In this document: one piece after another, positions 9,750-20,000 of the stretch
Layout of the letters: every line of letters begins with the position of its first letter
Numbering within the stretch: the first letter of the stretch is position 1
Source of the DNA: Thelocarpon superellum
Taxonomy: Eukaryota
NCBI GenBank assembly: GCA_026025795.1
Contig: JAPEUG010000048.1
Location: 47,632-67,631 of the forward strand
Direction: 5' to 3'
Length of the DNA: 20,000 bases
The notes under the pieces: model-generated
Databases searched by the model: none
Seen by the model: only the letters and a program-made list of their open reading frames with translations
What the model was told of the DNA's origin: nothing
Position numbers and translations under genes: made by a program

Positions 9750-11229
9750 CTATAGTCGCTTGATGATGGCATCGGCATATTCATGTGTCTTGGCCTTTCC
9801 GCCGAGGTCGCCCGTGAGGGCCTAATTGGATCGTGTCAGCAGCGGTCACGATGGCGGCGGAGGATGGAACCATCTCACCTTGCCCTCAGCCAGGGTGGCG
9901 AAGATGGCCTTCTGGATCTTCTCGGCGTGCTCATGCAGGCCCATGTGTTGCAACATCATGATGCTGCTCAGCAACAGCGCGGTCGGGTTGGCCAGACCCT
10001 TACCGGCGATATCGGGCGCCGAGCCGTGGACGGCTTCGAAGATGGAGCATTCGTCGCCGATGTTGCCCGACGGCGTCAGACCCAGCCCGCCAATCAAGCC
10101 GGCGCACATGTCGGACAAGATGTCGCCGTACAGGTTGGGCATAACTAGCACCTTATCGGCGTAGGGGGCCGGATCGGTGACGATGCGCAGACAGGTGTTG
10201 TCGAGCAGCTCGGCGTCGAACTCCACGTTGGGGAAGTCCTTGCTGATCTCGCGCGCCGTTCCCAAGAACAGGCCGTCGCTCATCTTCATGATGGTGGCCT
10301 TGTGCACCGCCCGCACCTTCCGCTTGCCCACCTCCTCCGCGTACTGAAAGGCAAAGCGCAGCACCCGCTCACTCGCCTGGCGCGTGATGAGCTTGATGCT
10401 CTGCACTACCCCGTCCACCACGACATGCTCGATGCCCGAGTATTCGCCCTCCGTGTTCTCTCGGATGAGCACCGTGTCTACATTGTCATACGGCGTCTTG
10501 TAGCCGGCGATCGACCGGCATGGACGCACGTTGGCGAAGAGGTTGAAAGTGCGGCGGAGAGTGAGGTTGAGCGAGACATGCCCCTTGCCGATCGGTGTCT
10601 GTCCGCCGAGATATGGCCATCAGCTTCACGTGTTTGACATAGATCAGCGTCGTTGGGAGCGACGTACGGCCAAGGGTCCTTTCAGAGCCACGTAATTCTT
10701 CTGCACGCTCGCAATCGACTCATCCGGGATCACCGTCTTGCCATCCTTCAACGTGGGCGTCACATCGACCGGCTCCCATTGGATGGGCACCTGATCAACA
10801 TTAGCCGCGGGGCCCCTGTGAGCCGGAGGGATATCGGGGGCGCCTCACCTTGGCCGCGGCAAAGATGTCTTTGACCGATTGAGAGATCTCCGGACCGATC
10901 CCGTCCCCCTCGATCAACGTCACGGTGTAATTACCCTGAAGGCACGGCGCCATTAGTCCAGCGCCACGTTCACGGCGTCGACTCGCTCACATTTGGTCCT
11001 TTCTTGCCCTTGAACTTGGCCACCTTCTCCGCCTCGGCTACATAAGTGCGGCGTGGGACCTTGGTCGGTCGGACGAACACGATCAGCGCCAATGGCCAGT
11101 GGCAAGGTGGACGATGCGAGACACCGCTCGGTCACAAACCTGTGTCAAGGCCGGAGCCCATGATCGTGTGGTGGGTCCAGAGCGTAGACACCGTCGGGCC
11201 GGTGCCGCCCAGGCACGGCAGGCTAACAT
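9750..11229 (-). CDS. IDH2: Mitochondrial NAD-dependent isocitrate dehydrogenase subunit 2 (catalytic), about 386 aa; exons 11229-11140, 11059-10991, 10935-10849, 10790-10668, 10598-9879, 9821-9750
   Basis: Arg-rich presequence [17 protein letters not shown], then [90 protein letters not shown] and TGDLGG. The GDILSD and HGSAPDIAG motifs distinguish IDH2 from the regulatory IDH1. Confidence 0.97.
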
Positions 11230-11935
11230 GCTGGAGAGATGAGAGGTGACTGGCTCAAGACGGGGCAGCACGTCTCAATTCGCGTGCATCGATGGCGAAC
11301 GAGCTATTCTGTGCAGGGTATCCAAGTCATGAAGGACCAAACGCGATATGTTCACTTGCCAGGGCGGAGGATCGGCGGTACCGGGACCGTCGCTGTTGCT
11401 ACCTGTTCTCTGATCCTCTGTCTCGAAGAAGCAACTGGGGAATTGGGGCCGCCCGTCGGCTGCGCGTTGCCGTTTGCCGTTTGCCGGCTGGGACTGGCGC
11501 CACTTGACTGGACCTTTGCCGAACGCCTCTAATAGAAGCCTTGCGGGACAAGGTCCAGTTAAGCCAGTTCGGTGCCGATTTCACGCACGAACCAATGATA
11601 GTGACGGAGCCGTGCAGCTTCAAAGCCGCAGTCCCCCGTAGTCATACTCCACTCCACATGTTCGAGCATACGACGCGCGCGTTGATGCGTGCCAACTTTG
11701 CCCGTGGTCGTGATAGTTATTGCATCTTTTGACCAACTCAAGCGCCGCCCCATCGGGGCAGGCATGCATCGCAAACCAAGAGGTGTTCGGTCGATATTGG
11801 TAGCACCACAGCCAGACCGGCGGATGAATTCTCGTACGCTCCTACTCGGCCCTGCTCACGCCGCGACGTCAAACGTTCTACAGCGAAACGTTCGGATCGA
11901 GAACTTTCAACTGCGAGGCAGCATTAGATCGAGTC
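11230..11935. promoter_or_regulatory. Divergent intergenic region (about 0.7 kb) shared by IDH2 and SEC5; contains a CCAAT at 11592-11596
   Basis: Head-to-head ATGs at 11229 (-) and 11936 (+). The CCAAT box is seen in sequence; binding by the Hap/CBC complex is only inferred from known regulation of TCA-cycle genes. Confidence 0.5.
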
Positions 11936-14900
11936 ATGACAGAGTACGAGCGGGCCATCCTCGGTCACTACCACCTGGCCACCCCCTTCCCGGTCGAGTG
12001 GCCGGCAGAGAAGGACCAGAGCGACGGCTCGGATGAGGAAGGGCCGTCAACAGCGAAGAAAGACGACAAGACCGCTCTCCGCAACCGACGCAAGTCACGG
12101 TATGCAGTCTTGGAGCGAGCCAACCCAAGCAAGGCCCGATCCGCCGACCCTCAGCGAGATCGGCCCGACTCCTCCCCGCCCCGAGATGAGACCGATCCGC
12201 TGGGCTCTAACGAGAGTGTCGTCCGCGCCCTACGGCGGCGGGGGATCCCTGTGGAAGACGATGCCCGATTGCGTACGTGATATGGCGGTGCATGGAGAGA
12301 CCCATCGCTGACCGCGTCCTCCAGGAAACCAATTTCTCCTCTCCTCCAAGACCTTCTCCCCCGCCCTCTTCTTGTCGGAGGTGCACTCGGACGCCTCCAC
12401 CCAGTCTCTGCTCCAGGGCTTGGACTTCCTCTCACACGCCATCGACCAAAAGTCTGCCTCTCTCAAGAGCCTGGTCGAGGCCAACTTTGAGCGCTTCGTC
12501 AAGGCCAAGGCCACCATCGACGATGTCTACACCGAGATGCGCAATGAAGGGGGGCTCCGGGACCAAGGCAAGCCTCCTGGCCACTCACCGCGTACGAGCC
12601 GGACCAGCGTCCATTTCCGAAACACCAGTGGTGGGGGTGCACCGGGCAGTCCGCGTCGGAGTCTGCAGAAGACGGGCAGCAGCGCGGGCACCGGCACCGC
12701 CAACGCCACCGGCACGACCGACCGCCGGAAGAACGCGTTGACCCGCGAGAGCGACTACGGCGTCCAGGGCATCAAGCTACCCCTGGCCGAGGTCGTCGAT
12801 CGGGCGGACGAGGTCTGGGGCCCGATGTTGGGCGGGCGAGAACGGGAGGACAGCCTCAAGGCCGTCATCGGCTCCGTCGAGCGATACCGCGGCATCTTTG
12901 AGGCTGGCGCCACCATCGCCGACTGCATCAAGCGCAAGGAATACGAGACCGTGGTCAAAGAATACGAGCGCGCACGACGCTACGCCCAAGAGGCGCGCGA
13001 CATTGCCGACACGGCACAGCAGACGCACATCGCCTTGACCGTTCCGCAGGTGCACTGCATCGTCGTGACGGCGCGCATGTGGGCCGATGTCGACGGCCAG
13101 GTTGACGCCCTCAAGCGCGACCTCTGGCGACGGCTCGTCGAACCCCCTAGCCACGTGGCCCGGGCAGCGGCGGACGGATCGGCGCCGTCGACGGAGCGTC
13201 ATCTGGAGATCATCGGCCTGCTGTTGCAGCTGGGCACACGCGAGAACCCCATCTGGGTTTGGCTGCTCCGCCGCTACGATGACCTCAAGAAACGCATCAC
13301 CTCCACCTGCGAGCAGTTCCGCGCCGAGACCGAGTTCGTGCGACGGCACCTCGCCAGCGAGGACCCACCGGGCGCGCGCGTGCTTGCCGCGCACCTGCAC
13401 CAATTGGACCGGCCCGAGTCCGCTGATCAGCCGACCCCCTCGGACATGGTGAGCGTCATCGAGCTGTGGGAGCGTGTGCACTCCTCCCTCCGCCTCCTGC
13501 TCGCTTCCCGCGGCAGCCTCCTGAGCGAGGTGGTGGACTTCTGGCAGACGGCGCAAACCTTCATCGATGGCAGGGCGCAGCGCGGCCTCCCTATCGGCTT
13601 CGACGGCGAGTCCCGCGAGCACCATCAACTGTCCGGGGATGGCGTGCACGAGCTGCGTCGGGGTGCAGCCGAGTTGGTCGGCCTCGTCCGGGACAATGTG
13701 CTCGCCTTCTTCGCCGACCCGCCCGTCGACGATCTGTCCGTTCTCTTCTCTCCCCTCGTGCCCGGGCCGGGGACGCCGACCCTCTCCCCCTCGCCCATGC
13801 TCAGTCCCCGCGGCTTCAATGATGCCCGCCTCCGCTTGGATGCCGGCAACCCGCCACCGCCCTCGTCACGGCGCGGGCAGGCGTGGGAGCAATTTGCCTT
13901 CTGGCCACCCCACTCGAACGCGGTGAGCGGCGTGCACTACTGTGACAAGCTCTTGGTGCTGGTGGCTACGGCGGCCAGCGAGATGGCGGCGCTGACCTCG
14001 CTCGCGCCGGCGGGGAACACCCTGGAGCAGGCGCGCATGTTCGTTGGAGGCACGCGCGACCGATGCGTGCAAGCCATCTGTGCCGTGTGGAATCAGGATG
14101 CAGAGATCTGCAAGGCCATGGAGGACTGGACGCGCTCGACCGAGCGGAAAGATGCCAGCCACTTCCCCGCCCATTTCTTCTCCTTTGAGAGCAGCGTCGT
14201 CACCGGCCTGCAGAAGGTACTCTACCTCTCCGACGCGATGGGCACGCCGGGCGCGGCCGAGATCGTGCAGCAGCCGGCGGCGAAGCTATTGCATCTCGTT
14301 CGTGGCCAATTCGTCACCAGTCTCTACAAGGCCTTCAGCGGGATGGTGGAGAATGCCGAACGACCGATGAAGGTCGACCAGGAGGCGTGGGCGAGCGAGC
14401 GGCATGGCGTGGCCCATCCCGGCACGCACGTGGCCCCCACCGACCTGACGGCGCAGACGGTCAACGCGCAGGATGCCAGCGTCCGGCGGCTGCTGACGCT
14501 CAGCAATCTCCAGGTGCTGAAGAGCGATGTGGTGCCACAGCTCGTGGCGCAGTTCGAGAATGCCTTCTCCGTCAAACTGACAGACGAGAGCCGCACGATC
14601 CGCGACGTGTTGGGCCAGATTGACACCCGCCTCTTTCAGGCCTATACGACGCCGCAGGTGGAGAAGCTCAAGCACCTCATCCGCACCGGGATCCTCGCGC
14701 CCTCATGGGCGCCCAAGAGCGGGCGGCCGTCGGAGGTGCGCGGATACATCTACGCCGCCCTGCTGGACCTGGTCATGGTGCACACGCAGGTCAGCACCAC
14801 GGCGGCGTCGCTGGCGCCACAGATCCTCTCGTATCTCCTCGAGCAGACCTCCCTGGCCCTGCTTCAGGCCTTCAAACAGCGTCCCAAATACACCCTGGCG

Positions 14901-15249
14901 GCGCTGATGCAGGCGACGCTGGATGTCGAGTTCGTGGCGCAGACGCTCGGCCAGTATACGACGGAGAAGGCGTCGGAGCTCCAGAGCCAGATCTACCTCG
15001 AGATCGATCGGGGCACGGACAACGAGGCGCGCCGGATGCTGCAGAACGAACTGCCCGAGATGCGCACCATCCTGAAGCACCTGCGCGAACGGAGCAAGGC
15101 CGAATTGTGAGTCTCCTTGACGACAACCTTGATGGGGTGATCGTCGCGACTCACGTCTCACGTCCCTGGATAGTGCCTGCTTCAAGCGCCAACGCACCCC
15201 ACGCGAGCGCGCCGAGCGACAACACAGCGAGCAGTCCCAGTCCCGATGA
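11936..15249 (+). CDS. SEC5: Exocyst complex component Sec5, about 1064 aa; exons 11936-12272, 12325-15106, 15174-15249
   Basis: N-terminus MTEYERAILGHYHL..FPVEWP and DETDPLG. After splicing: LRNQFLLSSKTFSPALFLSEVH, then SLKSLVEANFERFVKAKATIDDVY and LMQATLDVEFVAQTL, ending KAE|FACFKRQR. Introns are GTACGT..CTGAC..CCAG and GTGAGT..GATAG. Confidence 0.95.
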
Positions 15250-15899
15250 TTGGAGACCGGGCGGATGAATCTGATGGGGCTGGGGACGAGTGTCGTTGCC
15301 GTCTCGCGATGGAGCTTGACCGAGCGTGAAGGCCGATACCCTCGATCACGTTGGATCCTGCGTGTTGATCCACGATCGTTGACAGGTCAGATGATTTGCA
15401 CCCGGGTCGCAAAGTGCGATCCTCTCTACCAGATAGCGACTATAGGGAACAGGCACGGGGGGCACGTGAGGCGAGTCACGGGGTGAGGGGCTCCCCGTCT
15501 CAGGGCGAGGACCTTCCCCGAGGGTTTGGACCGGCTGGCTATCTGGACGTGTAGAACTCGTGCTCGCGTAGTCACGGCTGACTGATGTGCTACACCGCCT
15601 TCGCATCAGCTATTAGTCAAAGGCGGCGAGACTCGGCAAGATTCCTCGTCTCCCCCGCTTGACTCGAGCCTCCTGACGGAGCCGAACTCAGCCAATGGCC
15701 TCGGCTGGCTGCGTGGGCGTCTGCATGCTGTGCTGGTCCGGCGCACCCACGATCATTTGAATCACCTCGGAATCACCGTGGCTCTAGAAAGTACTCAGAC
15801 CCTGCCGCAGCCGTTCATCTTTGGCTGTCGCCGATCGAGCGGGGGTGGGGATGTCGCGGGGTGCCGAGGCTGGTGCCGACGCCGGGAGACGCCGATGTG

Positions 15900-18528
15900 A
15901 TGGGCCGGAAGCCGAATCAGTTGATCCTGGAGTTCTTTGAACGCGGCCGCAAGCTCGAGGATGCCAGTAACCGGTACCAACACACCTGCAAGGCGTGTGG
16001 CGAGCAATTTCCCAAAGGCCGTCTCGACAGCCTGACCGGCCACCTGTTGAAGAAATGTCCGGCCATCCCCTTGCAAGATCGTCAGCGTGCCTATGTCCAG
16101 CTGCGCGATGCCTCCGAGTTTGATGGATCTGAGCTGCCCCGGGACGGCGCCCTGGACCCTGGCATCAGCCCTGGCCAGACCCGCGAGTTGCCCATTGCCC
16201 CGCGAGACTGGACGGCCCTGGAGACGCTGGCGGAAGTGTCCCGACAATTTCATGTGTCGGGGCCGCAGGAGCATGCCTCACCGGCGGCCACGGACCGGTC
16301 CAGTGCTGCCGGCCCCGACTTTGCACGTCGCACCAGCTTCGAGGAGCAGTTCCTGCAGGATCCCGGCCCGGAGCAGCCGATGCCGGATGGCACAGGTGAG
16401 ACGCGCGAATGCTTACGGCGAGGCTCCGGTTGACTCAAACTAGACATGATTGATCCCTCCCTAGTATCATCGTCCAGCGGTCCGTCCTTGCCTCCGATGC
16501 AGTACCCGGGACCCAGCTTCAATTCGCTGTCTTCGTCGCCTCGTCTGCCCGGATTGTCGTTGCCGGCAGGTTCTGCGGAGACGACGACATCCCAACCGAT
16601 GACGCTCACCTCTACCGACGCAGGGGCGGAACCTGCCCCTGCTCTCCCCAGACCCGGACTTCCCCTCGAACCGGATTTGCTACGGGCCCCACAAGATGCG
16701 GGTCTCTCCGACAAGTTCTTCCACCCACAGGGCTCGGGTCTGCTGCCGACGTCCACCTGGCCCGCGATGCAGCCGACGCGGATAGCCAACCTGGCACTCC
16801 TGGATGGTGCTCGAGGGCCTGCCGCATCCACGGGTGAGGGCATCACAAAGGCGGCGACCTTTCCTCATTCCATCGCAATGCATCGATCGGCCTCGCCAAG
16901 AGCGCTCGGGGCCGAGCATGGGCATGGCTCCCGCAGCTCCAAACCGAAGGTACGGGGGAGGTTCACGGCCTCCCGTCGGAAGGAAGTGCAAGAAGTGCGT
17001 AAACGGGGGGCATGCATTCGCTGTCGGATGCTGAAGAAACCGGTGCGTTGTCTCTGCCAACCCAAGGGATATGCTGAAGAACATAGTGCTCGGGGGAAAG
17101 TCCGTGCAGCACCTGTCGCAGCGTCGAAAGCGCTCGACTATGGAAACAGCCATGTATTCGAACGCGCATCGCCGATGAGCTGGAATTGTATTCAGCTGGT
17201 TGGTTGCCGCGGCCAGAATCGCTCTGAACCATGCTAACGCGGTGTAGGGCTCTATGCGGTGCTTGCATTCCATCAACTAAATCAAGCTAAGAGCGGCTTG
17301 TATTTCCAGACTTCACGGAGTCGCATCGAAGCCACGCACCATCCGGAGGCTCAAGTGTTTCTGGTGTCAGACACGGTCGAGGGCCGTCAAGAAGCGACCA
17401 CATTCGACGAGGTCAATGGTCAGGCAACGGGGCTTGTACTCCTTGACTCGGAGGCGGGAGACTTTCCCGGCAAAGTCGAACTCTACGCACAGCAAATGGA
17501 GCGAATCTTTATCGAACAGGAACCATCATTGTTTATGAAGTCGAGCCTCACCCTGGCACGGGATTTAGCCAACCAGAAAAAGGTGCGTTCAGCTCCAGAC
17601 GGGTGCGAGGGGTGCTCATGAGGATGTCACCAGGACCTCCTCCTGATGCGAGTCCTAGAGTTATGGTGTGTGAACCACATGCTGGTCGACACAGGGATGC
17701 TCTGGCAGATGTGGCAGACGACGGATCAGAGCAGCAGCAGTCCGCCAAGTCGCCAAGCACTGGACGGCGGGTCAGACACAGAATCGCATCGACTGATCTG
17801 CGCGCAGCTGGACGCGGCAGCGGAGCGACGAGCGGGACAGTTGTCCAAAGCGATCGTGAACGAGCTCGAGCGACGCCTGCTGCAGCGGGCTCAGAGCGGC
17901 TGGTTCGAGACCTTTCTCGTGGCGGTATGTCTGTTGAATTGCGTCGAGCGAACCAGCTGGTTGTTCCAGACATGGGAAGGCGAGGAGGCCGGGGGAAAGG
18001 TGAGTGCGTGTGCGTGCGTACTCGTACGCGGACTTCGTGCGATGACTCCGGACGATTGGAATGCCTTTCAGGCCAGGATTGGATGAATGGACGGATGAAT
18101 GGTGGCTGACACTCAAGCCGTCACGTCGTGTCGCAAAGTGGCCCCTGGATCAAAAACCGCCATATTACTACCAACAAGGCGAGCACTTTGCCGAGCTGTT
18201 ACAGATGTTGTTGAAGATGCGTGGCTTACCACCCAAGACGTATGCGCGCGTCCGAGACGGCATTCTGGTGACGGAGAGCGACGATACGGCTCGCGCGTAT
18301 TTTGAGTCCATTCGACTCGAGGGTGGGTCTCCCCTTCTCCGATTCCCATCCCCCTCAACTCCGTCGCTCCTTTGGTACACATTCGAGAGAAAGAAAACGC
18401 AAGACTAAAGGGGGAACACCCGCATAGCGACGAGACTGGAAGAGCGACAATCCCACGCGACATTCGACGCACGAGACTCGCGCAGTCTGGAACTGAAATT
18501 CTGCTCGAAGTTGCTATTGCCTGATTGA
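15900..18528 (+). CDS. Putative transcription factor, about 730 aa: N-terminal BED-like C2HC zinc finger plus central Zn(II)2Cys6 cluster; exons 15900-16395, 16444-17042, 17087-17198, 17248-17582, 17634-17999, 18139-18322, 18428-18528
   Basis: Starts MGRKPNQLILEFF..HTCKACGEQFPKGRLDSLTGHLLKKCP. Basic region RGRFTASRRKEVQEVRKRG leads into the spliced cluster ACIRCRMLKKP|CSGESPCSTCRSVESARLWKQPC. All six introns restore the frame; ends SLELKFCSKLLLPD*. Confidence 0.88.
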
Positions 18529-18899
18529 TTTTTGCTTCCCTCAATTGCCTCTTTTTCCCTCACCTTTGTCCCTTCCATTACCCGCTCCTTGTTCTTGGGC
18601 CGGTTAGTGATTTCTTGATGATGACGACGATGACGATGATGATGGAAGCGACTGCAGCTCCAAGAAAAAGTGGAAAAAGGCGAAAAAGTACGAGATGGTC
18701 AAGCACGATGCTCTGTGCCACGAAGATACGAAACGTATGGATGGATGTGGAAATTAGATGGAAGAACTTAGATTTAGATCGGATGGATATGTCCATGACT
18801 CCGTCTCGACTCTGCTATTTACTTTTTTCCTTGATGGAAAGAGGTCCCAGATCCAGGTCCAGATCCAGAATCAATGCGAGAGAACAATGCAAGATGGAA

Positions 18900-18932
18900 G
18901 ATGACGATGACGACGACGATGACGATGACGAC

Positions 18933-18984
<52 letters not shown>

Positions 18985-18992
18985 GTGATGAT
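18900..18992. repeat. (GAY)n trinucleotide microsatellite (GAT/GAC, about 28 units plus degenerate tail)
   Basis: gatgacgatgacgacgac... is continuous from 18900 to 18983, followed by ggtgatgat. Confidence 0.95.
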
Positions 18993-19020
18993 GGATACGC
19001 CCGCTGATGCTCACTCAGAA

Positions 19021-19062
19021 GCTCACGCTCACGCTCACGCTCACGCAGATGCAGATGCAGAT
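19021..19062. repeat. Compound hexanucleotide repeat (GCTCAC)4(GCAGAT)3
   Basis: Read directly: gctcacgctcacgctcacgctcac gcagatgcagatgcagat. Confidence 0.9.
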
Positions 19063-19417
19063 GCAAATATACTTTTCGGTATGATGGATGGATGCGAGAA
19101 ATATGGAGATATGGAGAGATGTAGAGATGAAGAGATAGGTAATGATGATCCTGACAAAATCCAGATATCGTAGTGTATGGAGAAGAGAAGAGGATAGCAG
19201 GGACGACGGAGAGGACGAGATGGTATCTGTATGACGTGACATGACATGATAATTATGCCATGAATGCAAACGCAAGAACGAATAGTAGCCCATCCGAGTA
19301 GTCTTAGTCGGTAATAGAGTCGTCGTAAGTGACGACAGAAAATTAGAGGCAGTCGAAGCGAAGATAGATGATGGATGAGCTGGGCGGTTGGCCAAAGTCC
19401 GTCAGTCAATCAAACGA

Positions 19418-20000
19418 TCATTGTGACGCCCCCGGGACCGGTGCATCCACGACTGTGGCATTGGCCACGTTGTCGGCGGCCTGCCCCGCGCCCGCGGTAT
19501 GTGGGGCCAGGCCAAGTTGAGGACCAGGGCTGGCGAGGCTAAAGACGACGTAGTGCGCCTTGAAGAAGACGTCGCCGAGGATCATGTGCTGGAGGCCTAC
19601 GCTGGACTGCAACGCCCCGAGACAGAGACCGTTGCCACGCGTCTGGTAGTTGAGCAGATCACCCGAGATCTCCGCTCCGTAGTTCTGCAGTTGCACGACG
19701 ATGGGCGGTAACGTGATGGAACAGTTGTACACCCATCCACCTTGGCTTTCGTCCACGTGGGCCCCGGGGATTTGGCCCCAGTACGCTGTCACGGCCGCGT
19801 CGTCGAGAAGGAGGTAGCTCGTGCCGGTGTCTGCAAGGATCGCCATCAGCAAAACCGCACGATAGATGGGAGGCGGAGTGAAGCGTAAACGTACCCGCAA
19901 TGGTGGAGGTATTCTTCGGTACTATCGCCTGGTTTCCAACCTGAATTGACACCGTGCTGACCTCCCAAAACCCGTTGGCCGTTGTGACATTCTCCGCTTG
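19418..20000 (-). CDS. 3' part of a pepsin-family (A1) aspartic protease, aspergillopepsin-like; exons >20000-19895, 19830-19418
   Basis: Reads ANGFWEV..TIA|DTGTSYLLL (second catalytic DTG), YWGQIPGA, GGWVYNC, LCLGALQSS, ILGDVFFKAHYVVF and LGLAP. The 64-nt intron has GTACGT..CTGAT..TGCAG. Confidence 0.95.

Noticed and set aside
9705..9752. Possible stop-codon read-through or cryptic PTS1 on IDH2
   Set aside because: The stop is TAG ACC, not the TGA CTA read-through context. The extension TERPRAVKLSRRC* and the intron-retained end HPPPPS* both lack a PTS1.
11592..11611. CCAAT with overlapping GATA as a possible HapX/SreA iron-regulation site for IDH2
   Set aside because: It does not fit the bipartite CSAAT-N12-RWT motif (GCC is at the RWT position), and single short motifs are uninformative.
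15090..15110. SEC5 ORF appears to end in -KAEL*, resembling an ER-retention signal
   Set aside because: The TGA belongs to the GTGAGT donor, and splicing continues to FACFKRQ... Sec5 is cytosolic with no signal peptide.
12527..15197. Many antisense and alternate-frame ORFs over SEC5 (up to 290 aa)
   Set aside because: Shadow ORFs from GC3-biased codon usage, with no motifs.
18525..19173. ORFs with poly-Asp, poly-Ser, (MT)n and (HA)n tracts
   Set aside because: These are translations of trinucleotide/hexanucleotide microsatellites, which stay open in several frames. There is no coding-like context.

Overview
GC-rich genomic DNA from a filamentous ascomycete (Pezizomycotina-like), judged from short spliceosomal introns with GTRAGT/GTACGT donors and CTRAC/CTRAT branch sites. 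I reconstructed eight protein-coding genes by hand, checking reading frame across each exon junction. They are: (1) the 3' end of a probable GPI-anchored GH128 beta-1,3-glucanase (+); (2) an unrecognised secreted Pro/Gly/Asp-rich, 6-Cys protein (-); (3) a GH92 alpha-1,2-mannosidase with a C-terminal transmembrane anchor (-); (4) a Gre2-like NAD(P)-dependent extended-SDR reductase with a probable GC-AG intron (-); (5) mitochondrial NAD-isocitrate dehydrogenase subunit IDH2 (-); (6) exocyst subunit SEC5 (+), divergent from IDH2; (7) a 7-exon transcription factor combining a BED-like C2HC finger with a Zn2Cys6 cluster (+); (8) the 3' part of a pepsin-family aspartic protease (-). Microsatellite clusters lie between convergent gene ends. 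I saw no RNA genes, CRISPR arrays or mobile elements. The best leads are the orphan secreted protein, the membrane-anchored GH92 and the dual-zinc-finger factor with uORFs over its start codon. All family calls come from motif recognition, not database searches.
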